Shown: one piece after another, positions 61,050 to 64,000 of the stretch
Layout: each line of letters starts with the position of its first letter
Numbering within the stretch: position 1 is the stretch's first letter
Source of the DNA: the human T2T-CHM13v2.0 reference genome, Homo sapiens
Direction: 5' to 3' (one strand)
DNA length: 64,000 nucleotides
Assembly (NCBI RefSeq): GCF_009914755.1
Contig: NC_060944.1
Made by a program: the position numbers and the translations under genes
The notes under the pieces: generated by a model
What the model saw: only the letters and a program-made list of their open reading frames with translations
Database searches by the model: none
What the model was told of the DNA's origin: nothing

Positions 61050-62231
61050 TAAGCAATAGAGTTCCTCTTGAGTAGGCTGGAACAGATAATGAAATGTTGC
61101 TTTTTAGATGTGGTCAGTTAAAAATAAAATCACCTATCAACATTTGTTACTGTACCTCCAGCTGTGATCAATAGTACAAATTGCTTTTAATATCTTACTT
61201 ATAAATAGACTTTAAGTATGTTTCATTTCTGAGAAATGTTCTCTGAATTCTACTTAAGATGTTATCTTTCCAAACTGCTGGACGGGCTGAATCCAGGCAA
61301 GAAATGGGATTGCAAATTCCCTTGCACGAAGACTTGATGGGTGAGTCAAAGCAAGATTCCCTTGCCATTCTTTGTTTAGAGGTGAGAGGAAGGTTAACTA
61401 GCATTTTATGCTATAAAAATCAGACACAAAGATAAGCAAAAAGAATACAACAGAAGCCACTCATTATTTCAGCTCTCTGTTAACACTTTGATGTTCACTT
61501 CTAAATATGCTTCCTCAAAGTAATTTCTTTTCACAACTGGGTAGGAGATAAGATAAAGCAAAGTGAGCTTGCTTGCTTTTCATCCACTCAGTTAAAAACA
61601 GTCTTCCAGTTGACACTCCCTGATACATGCACACTCAGGCACACACAAAAGTCTGCACTCATCCATTAACCTCAAGAAAGAGACCTGTTGACAAAATAGA
61701 CATACACCAGTTCAGAGGAACCTATGTCACCTGTCCCTAGTAATCTACTTTTAAGCCTAAATATATCAACAGTCAATTTCAGGAAAATTAACATTAAAAA
61801 AATTTAGATGAACAATAGAAATGAATGAACTTAAAGGAAAAGAAGCTAATATCAAGGACAGAAGATAATTATTTAAAATGATGAGTGACAAACTTGACTA
61901 AAATGCACAACCTCTTCATAACAAAAAGCATGCAGGAGAAGGTACAAGTCAGCACAAGGTTAAAAGACAATCAGAGTAGAACAAAAATTCTATGTGCATG
62001 ATACCACAAAAAGATTGCTATCCATAATCTATATGAAGAATAACTACAAATCAATAAGAAAATGACAAATGACCCAGAGGAAAATAGGCAAACAATAGTA
62101 TAGCAGCAAAACATTGTAAGCACTCGTTTCAGAAGGTTGATATAGATTCAGAAATATGATATTCCCTTTAAGAGAATCTGCTTTTAATCCATAAATTGTC
62201 TTACAAACTAGTTTTATTAGTTTAATATTAA

Positions 62232-62723
62232 AGGACCCATTAGTGGGTATATATCCAGAGGAATATAAATCATTGTATTATAAAGACACACACCTGAGAA
62301 TGTTCATTGCAGTACTATTCACAATAGCAAAGACAAGGAATCAACCTAAATAACCATCAATGACAGGTTGGATAAAGAAAATGTGGTATGTATACACCAT
62401 GGAATACTGTGTAGCCATAAAAAAGAACAAGATCGCATCTTTTGTGGGAATATGGATGGAACTGCAGACCATTATCCTTAGCAAACTAACGCAGGAACAG
62501 AAAGCCAAATACCACATGCTGTCACTTATAAATGAGAGCTAAATGATGAGAACTCGTGAACACAAAGACGGGAACAAGAGACACTGGGGTATCCTTGAGG
62601 GTGGAGGGCGGGAGGAGGGAGAGGAGCAGAAAAGACAACAAACCTCTGTGACACAAGTTTTCCTATGTAACCAACCTTCTTATGTCCTCCCAAACCTAAA
62701 ACAAAAGTTAAAAAAAAAAAAAA
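62232..62723 (+). mobile_element. L1PA (older) 3' end
   Basis: ORF2 C-terminus (WIKKMWYVYTMEY), 3' UTR and poly-A. Confidence 0.85.
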
Positions 62724-64000
62724 GACCCAATTGGAGTTGCAATTTGCTCTTTCCCATTCTACTGCATTTCTGAAACCCAAAGTGTACAAAGAATGTGTCT
62801 TATGTTTCATGAAATGTACATTTGGGCCCCCATTTTTTTATTTGTATAACAATTGTAAAACACTATCTAAAGGCATAAAATGGCTAGGATGAGAATTACT
62901 ATTGGTTCATAATTATATTTGCTTAATTACTGAAGATGTAACTGTACTCGCTTTAAGTATGCCATTTGACTATTGCCCTTCTTTTTGTCCAGAGCCATCA
63001 AAAGATTAAAGTATTTGAAATGAATAATGTAATGGTTTTGTCTTCCTGCTACAGTGTGTTTCAGGTTATTTTCTAAAATCATAATGAACCCTGTTTTTTT
63101 GTTGTTTTTATTATTTTTTGATAAGTAAATAATGCCACGATTGGTAGATCTAAAACTGAAGAAGGAGACCCTATGGCCTCAATCCAGAATGCCATAGCAT
63201 GCTAAAATGAGAACTTCCTCCAGGTGTGTATGTGTGTGTTCAGGGCCACCTATGTATGCCCGATACGTCCAGTCTTCGTTGATGAAAATTGTTAGAGGTC
63301 AGTATTACAGAAGATAAAACAGAAAGGCCATATGTTAATAATGAGAAATAAGTGGTTAATTCATAATTAGTGAATCTGGTTTCAGCACTTTGGCCTTCGA
63401 GGTGGTCAAAACAGGTCTCCAATATGAACTAAGGATTGAAAAGATTAAAATTATTTTTTTAACAAAAATTAAGCTCAAAGAGTCTTGGATGCTTCAGATT
63501 GACTCTGCTTCTGGCATAACTTGAATAGAAAATCATATAAGGGTCTATGATGGGCACCATGCCCAGAGCTAGTTGGTTTAAATGTCATTCTATTTTGGAC
63601 CCTAAAGATAAACATGGCCTACTGTGATTCCGTCCTGCGTGGCTGTTCTCTGGAGCAGTAGTCATTAATCTTTGCCTGCCTTCTCTCCCACCTAGGTGTG
63701 TGCCACCACCCCATGGTGACATGAGCTTCATTAATTAAAAAAAAAAAAAAACTTTTTCTCTCTTTTCTTAATAGAAATGACCTTGGAAAATTTCTATTGG
63801 TCTGTCTTCAAGTTCATTTCTCTTTCCATATCATATCTACATGGCTGTTAAGTCCAAAGTTTATTATTTAAATAAATAAATAAAATTGATAAAACTCTAG
63901 CCAGTTGATCAAGAAAAAAGAGATAATTACCAAATTTTCAATATCAGGTATAAAAAGAGGACATCATTACATTAAAAGTTTTGTGAGAGATGATTCTATA

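Noticed and set aside
61195-61404. Cys-containing ORF (SCFDSPIKSSCKGICNPISC) as an extra defensin; nearby GTGAGT donor-like site
   Set aside because: Only four Cys, no terminal CC, wrong spacing and no signal exon found; no supporting evidence for an exon.

Overview
Human-type (primate) genomic DNA, AT-rich and very repeat-dense, recognisable as the middle of the epididymal beta-defensin cluster at 20p13. The locus assignment comes from recognised proteins, not a database search. It contains the last exon of DEFB126 (+), the complete two-exon DEFB127 (+) and the complete two-exon DEFB128 (-, convergent with DEFB127). The DEFB126 allele carries two frameshift deletions in cis (CAAA and CC missing relative to the 111-aa protein as I recall it). 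The upstream deletion creates a stop codon that should pre-empt the non-stop frame made by the downstream one. The intergenic DNA includes: (1) a two-LTR HERV-H provirus with a full-length but multiply stopped env, a GG>AG editing-like signature, and a 3' LTR that has lost its AATAAA; (2) an L1-mobilised HERV-W processed pseudogene about 1 kb upstream of DEFB128; (3) four 5'-inverted (twin-primed) L1 insertions; (4) many Alus, MER1B/MER5A, and 69-bp and 41-bp minisatellites. Almost all other ORFs in the track are repeat-derived. I found no convincing evidence for a wholly new gene or system; the best leads are allele-level and regulatory. Repeat subfamily names and reference-allele comparisons are from memory, and the boundaries of old repeats are approximate.
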